Program-made: the position numbers and the translations under genes
Shown here: positions 24,571-37,009 of the stretch, one piece after another
Position numbering within the stretch: the first letter of the stretch is position 1
Layout of the letters: the number at the start of each line of letters is the position of its first letter
NCBI GenBank assembly: GCA_951406725.2
Contig: OX597839.1
Span: 34,348,001-34,412,000, forward strand
DNA: 64,000 bases
From: Octopus vulgaris
Taxonomy: Eukaryota
Direction: 5' to 3'
The notes under the pieces: model-generated
Database searches by the model: none
Told to the model about the DNA's origin: nothing
The model's input: the letters and a program-made list of their open reading frames with translations, nothing else

Positions 24571-24870
24571 ATTGCTGTATTTCTACAGAAATATGGTAAC
24601 AAAAGGGTTAAAGTGATTTGAATTAAAACCATCCATCAGCGTTTCTTGTTAATTTAAGTTCCAAACAACACTTTAATAATGGTTTCAAATTTTGTCACAG
24701 GCACAGCTGTGTGGTAAGAAGCTTGCTTTCCAACCACAAGGTTCTGGGTTCAGCTCCACTACATGGCACCTTGGGCAAGTGTCTTCTACAGCCTCGTGTC
24801 AGTGGATTTGGTAGACAGAAACTGAAAGAAGCCCACTGTACATATGTGTGTATATATGTGTATGCATATA

Positions 24871-25256
24871 TCTTTATATATAAAAGTGAAGTTCTGTGAG
24901 TTTCTGTCTCCTACGATTTAGATTCCTAACTACTCCCACATTTTGCGATGCAGTTTAACCAAAAGCGGGTATCTTATAGTCGTGATTCATATCTAGCCCT
25001 TCTGGGTATTAACGCACATCTACAATGAGTCTACGATTTTAAAAATAATTTACCATCATTTTTTTCCATTTTAATGTATATTTTTTTAATAAAGGGAAGT
25101 AACTCTCTAAAAATGTCTACGATGAGTCAACGATTTTAAAAAAAATTTACCATAATTTTTTTTCCATTTTTGATGCATTTTTTGGCTATAACACTCTAAA
25201 AATGCTTTATAGTTATTTCCCTTACAAACCCGAGCAACGCCGGACGATACCGCTAG
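24871..25256 (+). mobile_element. Non-autonomous Helitron family H1, full length
   Basis: A|TC 5' end, 3' hairpin CCCGAGCAACGCCGG then CTAG|T, no TSD. Confidence 0.9.
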
Positions 25257-25393
25257 TCCCATATAAACGTAGTGTACATTAGGCGACCCTTAACAGGCAG
25301 CCTTACATGCTAGAAGTAGAAGTCAAAATGACCAAAACCAGATTTAAGAGCAATTTTGAAGGGAATGAAAAATAGACTTTTACTTTGTTTTTT

Positions 25394-25468
25394 ACAGCCA
25401 TACCTAGGTTTCGAATTCTAATTAGCAAATAAAATAATTTGCTAGGCGAAGTTCTCATCAGTGGTTAC
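25394..25468 (-). ncRNA. Type I hammerhead ribozyme (complete catalytic core) in a Penelope-like fragment (about 25257-25580)
   Basis: Minus strand GTAACCA-CTGATGA-GAACTTCGCC-TAGCAAAT-TATTTT-ATTTGCTA-ATTAGAATTC-GAAA-CCTAGG-TA-TGGCTGT: all core nucleotides, long stem II, palindromic stem III ACCTAGGT, stem I CCA/TGG with imperfect extension. Confidence 0.8.
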
Positions 25469-25596
25469 GCCAAAACATTATCATATAATTTAGAGACAGA
25501 AATAACACGTCTGATCATTATATATTATAATTTCTCAAATTCACCACGCAAGCGCGGTTTCAATCAGCTGCAAATGTGTATGCATATATATATGTA

Positions 25597-25647
<51 letters not shown>

Positions 25648-25648
25648 T

Positions 25649-25757
25649 CACAAATATAAGAGAGAATCCACTATGTGGACGCTCTTGCGCTAAAAATAGA
25701 TCCGCAATGGTCTCAACCACCAAGAATTGTTCTCAAGGATTCTCTCTTATATTTGTG
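25649..25757. repeat. Perfect 21-bp inverted repeat with 67-nt spacer
   Basis: CACAAATATAAGAGAGAATCC 25649-25669 / GGATTCTCTCTTATATTTGTG 25737-25757. Confidence 0.9.
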
Positions 25758-25847
25758 TATTAATATTTACTGAATCCCAGTTTTTATGCGCTAAACCACT
25801 TGGTGTTAAATTGATGTTATTAAATTAATATCCAATTTTTTCACCCT

Positions 25848-25879
<32 letters not shown>

Positions 25880-26408
25880 CTATGTGTGTGTCTTTGTGTC
25901 TGTGTTTGTCGCCCACCACCACTTGGCAATCAGTGTTGGTGGGTTTATGTCTGTCCTCGTAACTTAGCAGTTCAGCAAAATAGACTGATAGAATAAGTAC
26001 TGGGCTTGAAAAAAATAATAAGTGCTCGGGTTGATTCGTTCAACTAAAAGAAATAAGTTATTCTAGGTGGTGCCCCAGCATGGCCACAGTCTAATGACTG
26101 AAACAAGTAAAAGAAAAAAAAGAAAGCCGTTTTCCTAAATCCTTCATTGTTTTATTTTGTTCTTTTAATTAATGGAAACAAAGGCTGTGTATTTCAATCC
26201 AAACATTCTGACCTATTTTTCATACCATGTTCAGAAAGGCAAGAATGCAACAAATTCTTGGTTTTACTTTACTTCAACAAATTTGGGTCTTCGTTTCTTG
26301 AATATTCTTTGAAATCCTAGTTGTTAATATTATTGTTGTTGTGGTGAGTGCCATGTCAAATATTCTAGTCCTATTGTTTCTTTGTGTTTGTATTAACCTT
26401 GTGGTTTT

Positions 26409-29400
26409 GTAGATGAGTATACTTGGTATCAGATTGTAGATGAGTATACTTGGTATCAGAATGTAGATGAGTATACATGGTATCAAATTATTGATGAGTA
26501 TCCTTTGTATCTAATTCTAGATGAGTATACTTGGTATCAGAATGTAGATGAGTATACATGGTATCAAATTATTGATGAGTATACGTGGTATCAGAATGTA
26601 GATGAGTATACATGGTATCAGAATGTAGATGAGTATACATGGTATCAAATTATTGATGAGTATCCTTTGTATCTAATTCTAGATGAGTATACTTGGTATC
26701 AGAATGTAGATGAGTATACATGGTATCAAATTATTGATGAGTATACGTTGTATCTAATTCTAGATGAGTATACATGGTATCAGAATGTAGATGAGTATAC
26801 ATGGTATCAAATTATTGATGAGTATCCTTTGTATCTAATTCTAGATGAGTATACTTGGTATCAGAATGTAGATGAGTATACATGGTATCAAATTATTGAT
26901 GAGTATACTTTGTATCTAATTCTAGATGAGTATACTTGGTATCAGAATGTAGACGAGTATATATGGTATCAAATTATTGATGAGTATACGTTGTATCTAA
27001 TTCTAGATGAGTATACTTGGTATCAGAATGTAGATGAGTATACATGGTATCAAATTATTGATGAGTATACGTGGTATCTAATTCTAGATGAGTATACTTG
27101 GTATCAGAATGTAGATGAGTATACTTGGTATCAGAATGTAGATGAGTATACATGGTATCAAATTATTGATGAGTATACTTGGTATCTAATTCTAGATGAG
27201 TATACTTGGTATAAGATTGTAGATGAGTATACTTGGTATCAGATTATAGATGAGTATCGTTTGTATGAGATTGTAGATGAGTATACATGGTATCAGAATG
27301 TAGATGAGTATACATGGAATCAAATTATTGATGAGTATACATGGTATCTAATTCTAGATGAGTATACTTGGTATGAGATTGTAGATGAGTATACTTGGTA
27401 TCAGATTATAGATGAGTATAGTTGGTATGAGATTCTAGATGAGTATACTTGGTATCAGAACGTAGATGAGTATACATGGTATCAGAATGTAGATGAGTAT
27501 ACATGGTATCAAATTATTGATGAGTATACATTGTATCTAATTCTAGATGAGTATACATGGTATCAAATTATTGATGAGTATACTTGGTATCTAATTCTAG
27601 ATGAGTATACATGGTATCAAATTATAGATGAGTATACTTGGTATCTAATTCTAGATGAGTATACTTGGTATAAATTTAGATGAGTATACTTGGTATCAGA
27701 TTATAGATGAGTATCGTGTATAGATTGTAGATGAGTATACATGGTATCAGAATGTAGATGAGTATACTTGGTATCAGAATGTAGATGAGTATACTTGGTA
27801 TCAGATTGTAGATGAGTATACTTGGTATCAGATTATAGATGAGTATAGTTGGTATGAGATTCTAGATGAGTATACTTGGTATCAGAACGTAGATGAGTAT
27901 ACATGGTATCAGAATGTAGATGAGTATACATGGTATCAAATTATTGATGAGTATACATGGTATCTAATTCTAGATGAGTATACATTGTATCAAATTATTG
28001 ATGAGTATACTTGGTATCTAATTCTAGATGAGTATACTTGTATCAGATTATAGATGAGTATCGTTTGTATGAGATTGTAGATGAGTATACTTGGTATCAG
28101 AATGTAGATGAGTATACATGGTATCAGAATGTAGATGAGTATACATGGTATCAAATTATTGATGAGTATACGTGGTATCTAATTCTAGATGAGTATACGT
28201 GGTATCTAATTCTAGATGAGTATACTTGGTATCAGATTGTAGATGAGTATACTTGGTATCAGATTATAGATGAGTATCGTTTGTATGAGATTGTAGATGA
28301 GTATATACTTGGTATCAGAATGTAGATGAGTATACTTGGTAGTATAGATGAGTATACATGGTATCAAATCATTGATGAGTATACTTGGTATCTAATTCTA
28401 GATGAGTATACTTGGTATCAGATTATAGATGAGTATCGTTTGTATGAGATTGTAGATGAGTATACTTGGTATCAGAATGTAGATGAGTATACATGGTATC
28501 AAATTATTGATGAGTATACTTGGTATCTAATTCTAGATGAGTATACTTGGTATAAGATTGTAGATGAGTATACTTGGTATCAGAATGTAGATGAGTATAC
28601 TTGGTATCAGATTATAGATGAGTATAGTTTGTATGAGATTGTAGATGAGTATACTTGGTATCAGATTATAGATGAGTATCGTTTGTATGAGATTGTAGAT
28701 GAGTATACTTGGTATCAGAATGTAGATGAGTATACATGGTATCAGAATGTAGATGAGTATACATGGTATCAAATTATTGATGAGTATACATGGTATCTAA
28801 TTCTAGATGAGTATACGTGGTATCTAATTCTAGATGAGTATACTTGGTATCAGATCGTAGATGAGTATACATGGTATCAGATTATAGATGAGTATCGTTT
28901 GTATGAGATTGTAGATGAGTATACTTGGTATCAGAATGTAGATGAGTATACATGGTATCCAATTATTGATGAGTATACTTGGTATCTAATTCTAGATGAG
29001 TATACTTGGTATCAGATTATAGATGAGTATCGTTTGTATGAGATTGTAGATGAGTATACTTGGTATCAGAATGTAGATGAGTATATATGGTATCAAATTA
29101 TTGATGAGTATACTTGGTATCTAATTCTAGATGAGTATACTTGGTATCAGAATGTAAATGAGTATACATGGTATCAAATTATTGATGAGTATCCTTGGTA
29201 TATAATTCTAGATGAGTATACTTGGTATCAGAATGTAGATGAGTATACATGGTATCACATCATTGATGAGTATACTTGGTATATAATTCTAGATGAGTAT
29301 ACTTGGTATGACAATGTAGATGAGTATACATGGTATCAAATTATTGATGAGTATCCTTGGTATACAATTCTAGATGAGTATACTTGGTATCAGAATGTAG

Positions 29401-32400
29401 ATGAGTATACATGGTATCAAATCATTGATGAGTATACTTGGTATCTAATTCTAGATGAGTATACTTGGTATCAGAATGTAAATGAGTATACATGGTATCA
29501 AATTATTGATGAGTATCCTTGGTATATAATTCTAGATGAGTATACTTGGTATCAGAATGTAGATGAGTATACATGGTATCAAATCATTGATGAGCATACT
29601 TGGTATCTAATTCTAGATGAGTATACTTGGTATGAGAATGTAGATGAGTATACATGGTATCAAATTATTGATGAGTATCCTTGGTATATAATTCTAGATG
29701 AGTATACTTGGTATCAGAATGTAGATGAGTATACATGGTATCAAATCATTGATGAGTATACTTGGTATCTAATTCTAGATGAGTATACTTGGTATCAGAA
29801 TGTAGATGAGTATACATGGTATCAAATTATTGATGAGTATACGTGGTATCTAATTCTAGATGAGTATATGTGGTATCTAATTCTAGATGAGTATACTTGG
29901 TATCAGATTGTAGATGAGTATACTTGGTATCAGATTATAGATGAGTATCGTTTGTATGAGATTGTAGATGAGTATACTTGGTATCAGAATGTAGATGAGT
30001 ATACATGGTATCAAATCATTGATGAGTATACTTGGTATCTAATTCTAGATGAGTATACTTGGTATCAGATTATAGATGAGTATCGTTTGTATGAGATTGT
30101 AGATGAGTATACTTGGTATCAGAATGTAGATGAGTATACTTGGTATCAGAATGTAGATGAGTATACATGGTATCAAATCATTGATGAGTATACTTGGTAT
30201 CTAATTCTAGATGAGTATACTTGGTATCAGATTATAGATGAGTATCGTTTGTATGAGATTGTAGATGAGTATACTTGGTATCAGAATGTAGATGAGTAAC
30301 TTGGTATCAGAATGTAGATGAGTATACATGGTATCAAATCATTGATGAGTATACTTTGGTATCTAATTCTAGATGAGTATACTTGGTATCAGATTATAGA
30401 TGAGTATCGTTTGTATGAGATTGTAGATGAGTATACTTGGTATCTAATTCTAGATGAGTATACTTGGTATCAGATTGTAGATGAGTATACATGGTATCAA
30501 ATCATTGATGAGTATACTTGGTATCTAATTCTAGATGAGTATACTTGGTATCAGATTATAGATGAGTATCGTTTGTATGAGATTGTAGATGAGTATACTT
30601 GGTATCAGATTATAGATGAGTATCAGATTGTAGATGAGTATACTTGGTATCAGAATGTAGATGAGTATACTTGGTATCAGATTATAGATGAGTATCGTTT
30701 GTATGAGATTGTAGATGAGTATACTTGGTATCAGAATGTAGATGAGTATACATGGTATCAAATTATTGATGAGTATACTTGGTATCTAATTCTAGATGAG
30801 TGTACTTGGTTTCAGATTGTAGATGAGTATACTTGGTATCAGATTATAGATGAGTATCGTTTGTATGAGATTGTAGATGAGTATACTTGGTATCAGAATG
30901 TAGATGAGTATACATGGTATCAAAATGTAGATGAGTATACATGGTATCAAATTATTGATGAGTATACATGGTATCTAATTCTAGATGAGTATACTTGGTA
31001 TTAGATTATAGATGAGTATCGTTTGTATGAGATTGTAGATGAGTATACTTGGTATCAGAATGTAGATGAGTATACATGGTATCCAATTATTGATGAGTAT
31101 ACTTGGTATCTAATTCTAGATGAGTATACTTGGTATCAGATTATAGATGAGTATCGTTTGTATGAGATTGTAGATGAGTATACTTGGTATCAGAATGTAG
31201 ATGAGTATATATGGTATCAAATTATTGATGAGTATACTTGGTATCTAATTCTAGATGAGTATACTTGGTATCAGAATGTAAATGAGTATACATGGTATCA
31301 AATTATTGATGAGTATCCTTGGTATATAATTCTAGATGAGTATACTTGGTATCAGAATGTAGATGAGTATACATGGTATCAAATCATTGATGAGTATACT
31401 TGGTATATAATTCTAGATAAGTATACTTGGTATGAGAATGTATATGAGTATACATGGTATCAAATTATTGATGAGTATCCTTCGTATATAATTCTAGATG
31501 AGTATACTTGGTATCAGAATGTAGATGAGTATACGTTTGTATCAAATCATTGATGAGTATACTTGGTATCTAATTCTAGATGAGTATACTTGGTATCAGA
31601 ATGTAAATGAGTATACATGGTATCAAATTATTGATGAGTATCCTTGGTATATAATTCTAGATGAGTATACTTGGTATCAGAATGTAGATGAGTATACATG
31701 GTATCAAATCATTGATGAGCATACTTGGTATCTAATTCTAGATGAGTATACTTGGTATGAGAATGTAGATGAGTATACATGGTATCAAATTATTGATGAG
31801 TATCCTTGGTATATAATTCTAGATGAGTATACTTGGTATCAGAATGTAGATGAGTATACATGGTATCAAATCATTGATGAGTATACTTGGTATATAATTC
31901 TAGATGAGTATACTTGGTATCAGAATGTAGATGAGTATACATGGTATCAAATTATTGATGAGTATACGTGGTATCTAATTCTAGATGAGTATACGTGGTA
32001 TCTAATTCTAGATGAGTATACTTGGTATCAGATTGTAGATGAGTATACTTGGTATCAGATTATAGATGAGTATCGTTTGTATGAGATTGTAGATGAGTAT
32101 ACTTGGTATCAGAATGTAGATGAGTATACATGGTATCAGAATGTAGATGAGTATACATGGTATCAAATTATTGATGAGTATACGTGGTATCTAATTCTAG
32201 ATGAGTATACGTGGTATCTAATTCTAGATGAGTATACTTGGTATGAGATTGTAGATGAGTATACTTGGTATCAGATTATAGATGAGTATCGTTTGTATGA
32301 GATTGTAGATGAGTATACTTGGTATCAGAATGTAGATGAGTATACATGGTATCAAATCATTGATGAGTATACTTGGTATCTAATTCTAGATGAGTATACT

Positions 32401-34392
32401 TGGTATCAGATTATAGATGAGTATCGTTTGTATGAGATTGTAGATGAGTATACTTGGTATCAGAATGTAGATGAGTATACTTGGTATCAGAATGTAGATG
32501 AGTATACATGGTATCAAATCATTGATGAGTATACTTGGTATCTAAATTCTAGATGAGTATACTTGGTATCAGATTATAGATGAGTATCGTTTGTATGAGA
32601 TTGTAGATGAGTATACTTGGTATCAGAATGTAGATGAGTATACTTGGTATCAGAATGTAGATGAGTATACATGGTATCAAATCATTGATGAGTATACTTG
32701 GTATCTAATTCTAGATGAGTATACTTGGTATCAGATTATAGATGAGTATCGTTTGTATGAGATTGTAGATGAGTATACTTGGTATCAGAATGTAGATGAG
32801 TATACTTGGTATCAGAATGTAGATGAGTATACATGGTATCAAATCATTGATGAGTATACTTGTATCTAATTCTAGATGAGTATACTTGCTATCAGATTAT
32901 AGATGAGTATCGTTTGTATGAGATTGTAGATGAGTATACTTTGTATCAGAATGTAGATGAGTATACATGGTATCAGAATGTAGATGAGTATACATGGTAT
33001 CAAATTATTGATGAGTATACATGGTATCTAATTCTAGATGAGTATACTTGGTATCAGATTGTAGATGAGTATACTTGGTATCAGATTATAGATGAGTATC
33101 GTTTGTATGAGATTGTAGATGAGTATACTTGGTATCAGAATGTAGATGAGTATACATGGTATCAGAATGTAGATGAGTATACATGGTATCAAATTATTGA
33201 TGAGTATACATGGTATCTAATTCTAGATGAGTATACGTGGTATCTAATTCTAGATGAGTATACATGGTATCAGATTGTAGATGAGTATACTTGGTATCAG
33301 ATTATAGATGAGTATCGTTTGTATGAGATTGTAGATGAGTATACTTGGTATCAGAATGTAGATGAGTATACATGGTATCAAATTATTGATGAGTATACTT
33401 GGTATCTAATTCTAGATGAGTATACTTGGTATCAGATTGTAGATGAGTATACTTGGTATCAGATTATAGATGAGTATCGTTTGTATGAGATTGTAGATGA
33501 GTATACTTGGTATCAGAATGTAGATGAGTATACATGGTATCAGAATGTAGATGAGTATACATGGTATCAAATTATTGATGAGTATACATGGTATCTAATT
33601 CTAGATGAGTATACTTGGTATTAGATTATAGATGAGTATCGTTTGTATGAGATTGTAGATGAGTATACTTGGTATCAGAATGTAGATGAGTATACATGGT
33701 ATCCAATTATTGATGAGTATACTTGGTATCTAATTCTAGATGAGTATACATGGTATCTAATTCTAGATGAGTATACTTGGTATCTAATTCTAGATGAGTA
33801 TACTTGGTATAAGATTGTAGATGAGTATACTTGGTAACAGATTATAGATGAGTATCGTTTGTATGAGATTGTAGATGAGTATACTTGGTATCAGAATGTA
33901 GATGAGTATACATGGTATCAGAATGTAGATGAGTATACATGGTATCAAATTATTGATGAGTATACATGGTATCTAATTCTAGATGAGTATACGTGGTATC
34001 TAATTCTAGATGAGTATACTTGGTATCAGATTGTAGATGAGTATACATGGTATCAGATTATAGATGAGTATCGTTTGTATGAGATTGTAGATGAGTATAC
34101 TTGGTATCAGAATGTAGATGAGTATACATGGTATCAGAATGTAGATGAGTATACATGGTATCAGAATGTAGATGAGTATACATGGTATCAAATTATTGAT
34201 GAGTATACGTGGTATCTAATTCTAGATGAGTATACTTGGTATCAGATTGTAGATGAGTATACTTGGTATCAGATTATAGATGAGTATCGTTTGTATGAGA
34301 TTGTAGATGAGTATACTTGGTATCCGAATGCAGATGAGTACACATGGTATCAAATTATTGATGAGTATACGTGGTATCTAATTCTAGATGAA
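26409..34392. repeat. 27-bp satellite/minisatellite array, about 295 units, with higher-order structure
   Basis: Unit GATGAGTATAC(T/A)TGGTAT plus a variable 9-mer (CAGAATGTA, CAAATTATT, CTAATTCTA, CAGATTATA, CAGATTGTA) and a CGTTTGTATGAGATTGTA variant. Confidence 0.98.
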
Positions 34393-35142
34393 TTTATATG
34401 ACGTAACTTAAGGAAGAGAAAAGTTCTAAACTTCCCGATGGAGCCGTCATCAGAGAGAGACAGAGACACACAGAGACAGTATATTTTCTTGTAAGACTGA
34501 ACGTATATATATTCAGGGCATAGAGTTAGAGGGGTAACAAGATATAGCGTAGAATATCTGGAAGGAAAAACAGAGAAGAATTTAGAACACGTCGATGAAG
34601 GGTCACAAGAGTTGGCTGGGAGCCAGTGATCAAAACGAAAACATAATCAAGAGGAACGCTGGTACATTTGAAAATTTGCAAATGAAAGAAGTTGAAGAAG
34701 TTAAATTCGATAGAAAAATAAAGATACTTATTCCAAGCATTCTTAATTTAGTCTGACGTTGATCTTTTGCTGTAGTTACAAACCACGAGTTTTGGTTTTT
34801 TCTCTCTGTTCATAATAATATATCTGCAATTGGTTTGTGTGTCTTATCTAAGTTGCTGTTGCTTAACTCATTCATGGCTCTGTTCCAACTGAGAAATGAT
34901 CAACGGAGTTTTAACGGTCGTTCATCCATCTCCTCTGCCCACTGTTTCTGAGAGGATTAGCGAGGTGTTGTGCCCCTCTGGAACTTACTTCAAATCCCAC
35001 CAATCAACTATGCGTTTCATTCATAGTGTCGATAGAATAAAGTAACAGTTCTGTACCCCAGTATCGGCAAACCATTTTCCTTGAACGTGTGGCTCTGTGC
35101 CTCTGTTAGAATGTTTATAGAAACGTTATGTCATAGATACAG

Positions 35143-35187
35143 TGACGTAATAATTCGCTCTACGTCATAAAACAAACCAATATGGCG
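35143..35187. promoter_or_regulatory. Cluster of CRE/ATF-like, CCAAT and YY1-like motifs (may be a transposon end)
   Basis: TGACGTAA 35143, TACGTCA 35161, CCAATATGGCG 35177-35187. Confidence 0.2.
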
Positions 35188-35241
35188 TATAAATTTTTTC
35201 AGTAGTTCATATATTGAAGCTATAAATATTTGTAATGATGT

Positions 35242-35611
35242 GGAGGCACAATGGCCCAGTGGTTAGGTCGTAGGATCGCGGTTTCGATTCCCAGACCGGG
35301 CGTTATGAGTGTTTATTGATCGAAAACACCTAAAAGCTCCACGAGGCTCCGGCAGGGGATGGTGGTGATCCCTGCTGTACTCTTTCACCACAACTTTCTC
35401 TCACTCTTACTTCCTGTTTCTGTTGTACCTGTATTTCAAAGGGCCGGCCTTGTCACTCTCTGTGTCACGCTGAATATCCCCGAGAACTACGTTAAGGGTA
35501 CACGTGTCTGTGGAGTGCTCAGCCACTTACACGTTAATTTCACGAGCAGGCTGTTCCGTTGATTTCGGATCAACCGGAACCCTCGTCGTCGTAACCGACG
35601 GAGTGCTTCCA
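35242..35611 (+). mobile_element. tRNA-derived SINE family D (15-bp deletion in anticodon-arm region)
   Basis: Matches 9814-10181; TGGCCCAGTGG A box, GGTTTCGATTCC B box. Confidence 0.92.
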
Positions 35612-35755
35612 TCGCTCTTGTGGTTTTATGGGTTGGAGGGGGCTGTTTCTATGCTCGGTGTATGTTGAGTATGAGTGTCAATGTGTCTGTGTGTCTATGC
35701 GTATAATTTTCTTCAGCAGTTCATATATTGAAACTATAAATATTTGTAATGATGT

Positions 35756-35829
35756 GGAGGCACAATGGCCCAGTGGTTAGGGCAGCGGACTCGCGGTCGT
35801 AGGATCGCGGTTTCGATTCCCAGACCGGG
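35756..35829 (+). mobile_element. Isolated tRNA-like head of SINE family D (local duplication)
   Basis: Shares about 55 bp of upstream flank with the copy at 35242; acceptor stem does not pair. Confidence 0.8.
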
Positions 35830-36076
35830 AAGTGTGCTGTGCATTCGTAAATATGTTAAACATACATTTTCCTGATGTACATGTGTCATTGTCTCTAATG
35901 ATGGACTTGCGAAAAGTTTTCTACTCTGCATGTTCATTCGTCGTGTGTGTGAGCAATCGTGTGGATATGTATACAGCCCTGATTAACCAGGTTTGTGTCC
36001 AAAAGCGTTCCAGTTGTTATCATCTCATTGTTCTGCAATGTATAGGAGACATAGGAACCTAACATATATTATCAAA

Positions 36077-36478
36077 CTAGCAGTATCGCCCGGCGTTGCT
36101 CGGGTTTGTAAGGGAAATAACTATATAAGCATTTTTAGAGAGTTATAGCCAAAAAATAGCAAAAAAGTGCATTAAAAATGGAAAAAAATTATGGTAATTT
36201 TTTTTTTAAATCGTTGACTCATCGTAGACATTTTTAGAGAGTTATTTCCCTTATATGATAGCGTAAAAAATGCATTAAAATGGAAAAAAATGATGGTAAA
36301 TTCTTTTTAAAATCGTAGACTCATCGTAGACGCGCGCTAATACCCAGAAGGGCTCGATATGAATCACGAGTATAAGATACCCGGTTTTGGTTAAAACTAC
36401 ACCGCAAAATGTGGGAGTAGTTAGGAATCTAAATCATAGGAGACAGACAGCACACAACCTCACTTTTATATATAAAGA
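36077..36478 (-). mobile_element. Non-autonomous Helitron family H1, full length
   Basis: Reverse complement of 24871-25256; A|CTAG...GA|T on + strand. Confidence 0.92.
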
Positions 36479-36494
36479 TATGAACATGATTAAC

Positions 36495-37009
36495 AGGTGC
36501 AAGGTTTGGCTGTACGGTTAAGAACTACACTTTGCAACCATTATGGCTTCAGTCTCAGTCCCTCTGCACAGAGCCGGACCAGTGCTTCGTCGGTGAATTT
36601 CGGAGACGGAAACTATGAGGAAGTTCGCTGGATGTCACTAGCGTAGCTAGAGTGTGTGCCGCCTGGGGCGACCCTTACGTTTACCGCCCCCGGAGCCCAT
36701 AAAAAAAAAACACATATTGCCTGCAGCAGACCCAAAAGTGCCACCCGAGGCACACTGCCCCTACCGCCTCGCTAGTGCTGGACGTGTGCGTGTGTCTGTG
36801 TTTGTCCCCCACATATGCACCGTTTGACAACCGATGTAGGTTTGTTTACGTCCTCGTAACATAGCAGTTCGGCCGAAGAGACTGATAGAATAATTACCAT
36901 ATTTAGGGGGGTGGGGAATAAACAAGTACTTGGGCCGATTCGTTCGACTAAAACCCTTCAAAGCTGTGCCCCAGTATGGCCGCAGTTCAATGATTGAAGC
37001 AAGTAAAAA
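36495..37009 (+). mobile_element. Old SINE family A copy, CpG-retaining, hosting a MITE
   Basis: Head AGGTGCAAGGTTTGGCTGTACGGTTAAG, tail GTGCCCCAGTATGGCCGCAG. Confidence 0.75.
36636..36777. mobile_element. hAT MITE, 142 bp
   Basis: TIR CACTAGCG/CGCTAGTG; 8-bp TSD CTGGATGT 36628-36635 / CTGGACGT 36778-36785. Confidence 0.85.

Larger units (their letters stand above)
23345..24680. mobile_element. TTAA-type MITE with tandemly repeated interior and nested SINEs
   Basis: Left end TTACCTTTTGATATC, right end GGTAACAAAAGGG|TTAA at 24607; ATGTTCCAAAACACCAGCTTAATAA segment recurs at about 23455, 24212 and 24657; the third copy appears to resume near 26130-26200. Confidence 0.65.

Noticed and set aside
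26409-34392. CRISPR-like array (constant 18-mer plus variable 9-mer)
   Set aside because: Variable parts are a few related, recurring 9-mers rather than unique spacers; no cas genes; eukaryotic context
26505-34401. Reflectin gene (aromatic-rich cephalopod repeat protein)
   Set aside because: No Met/Asp reflectin motif and almost no Met, Gly or Pro; composition does not match
34420-34460. CTGATGA on the minus strand beside the satellite (also + strand at about 62874)
   Set aside because: No GAAA at a stem II-compatible position
35756-35829. tRNA gene
   Set aside because: Matches the SINE family D head; acceptor stem does not pair and the anticodon arm is ambiguous
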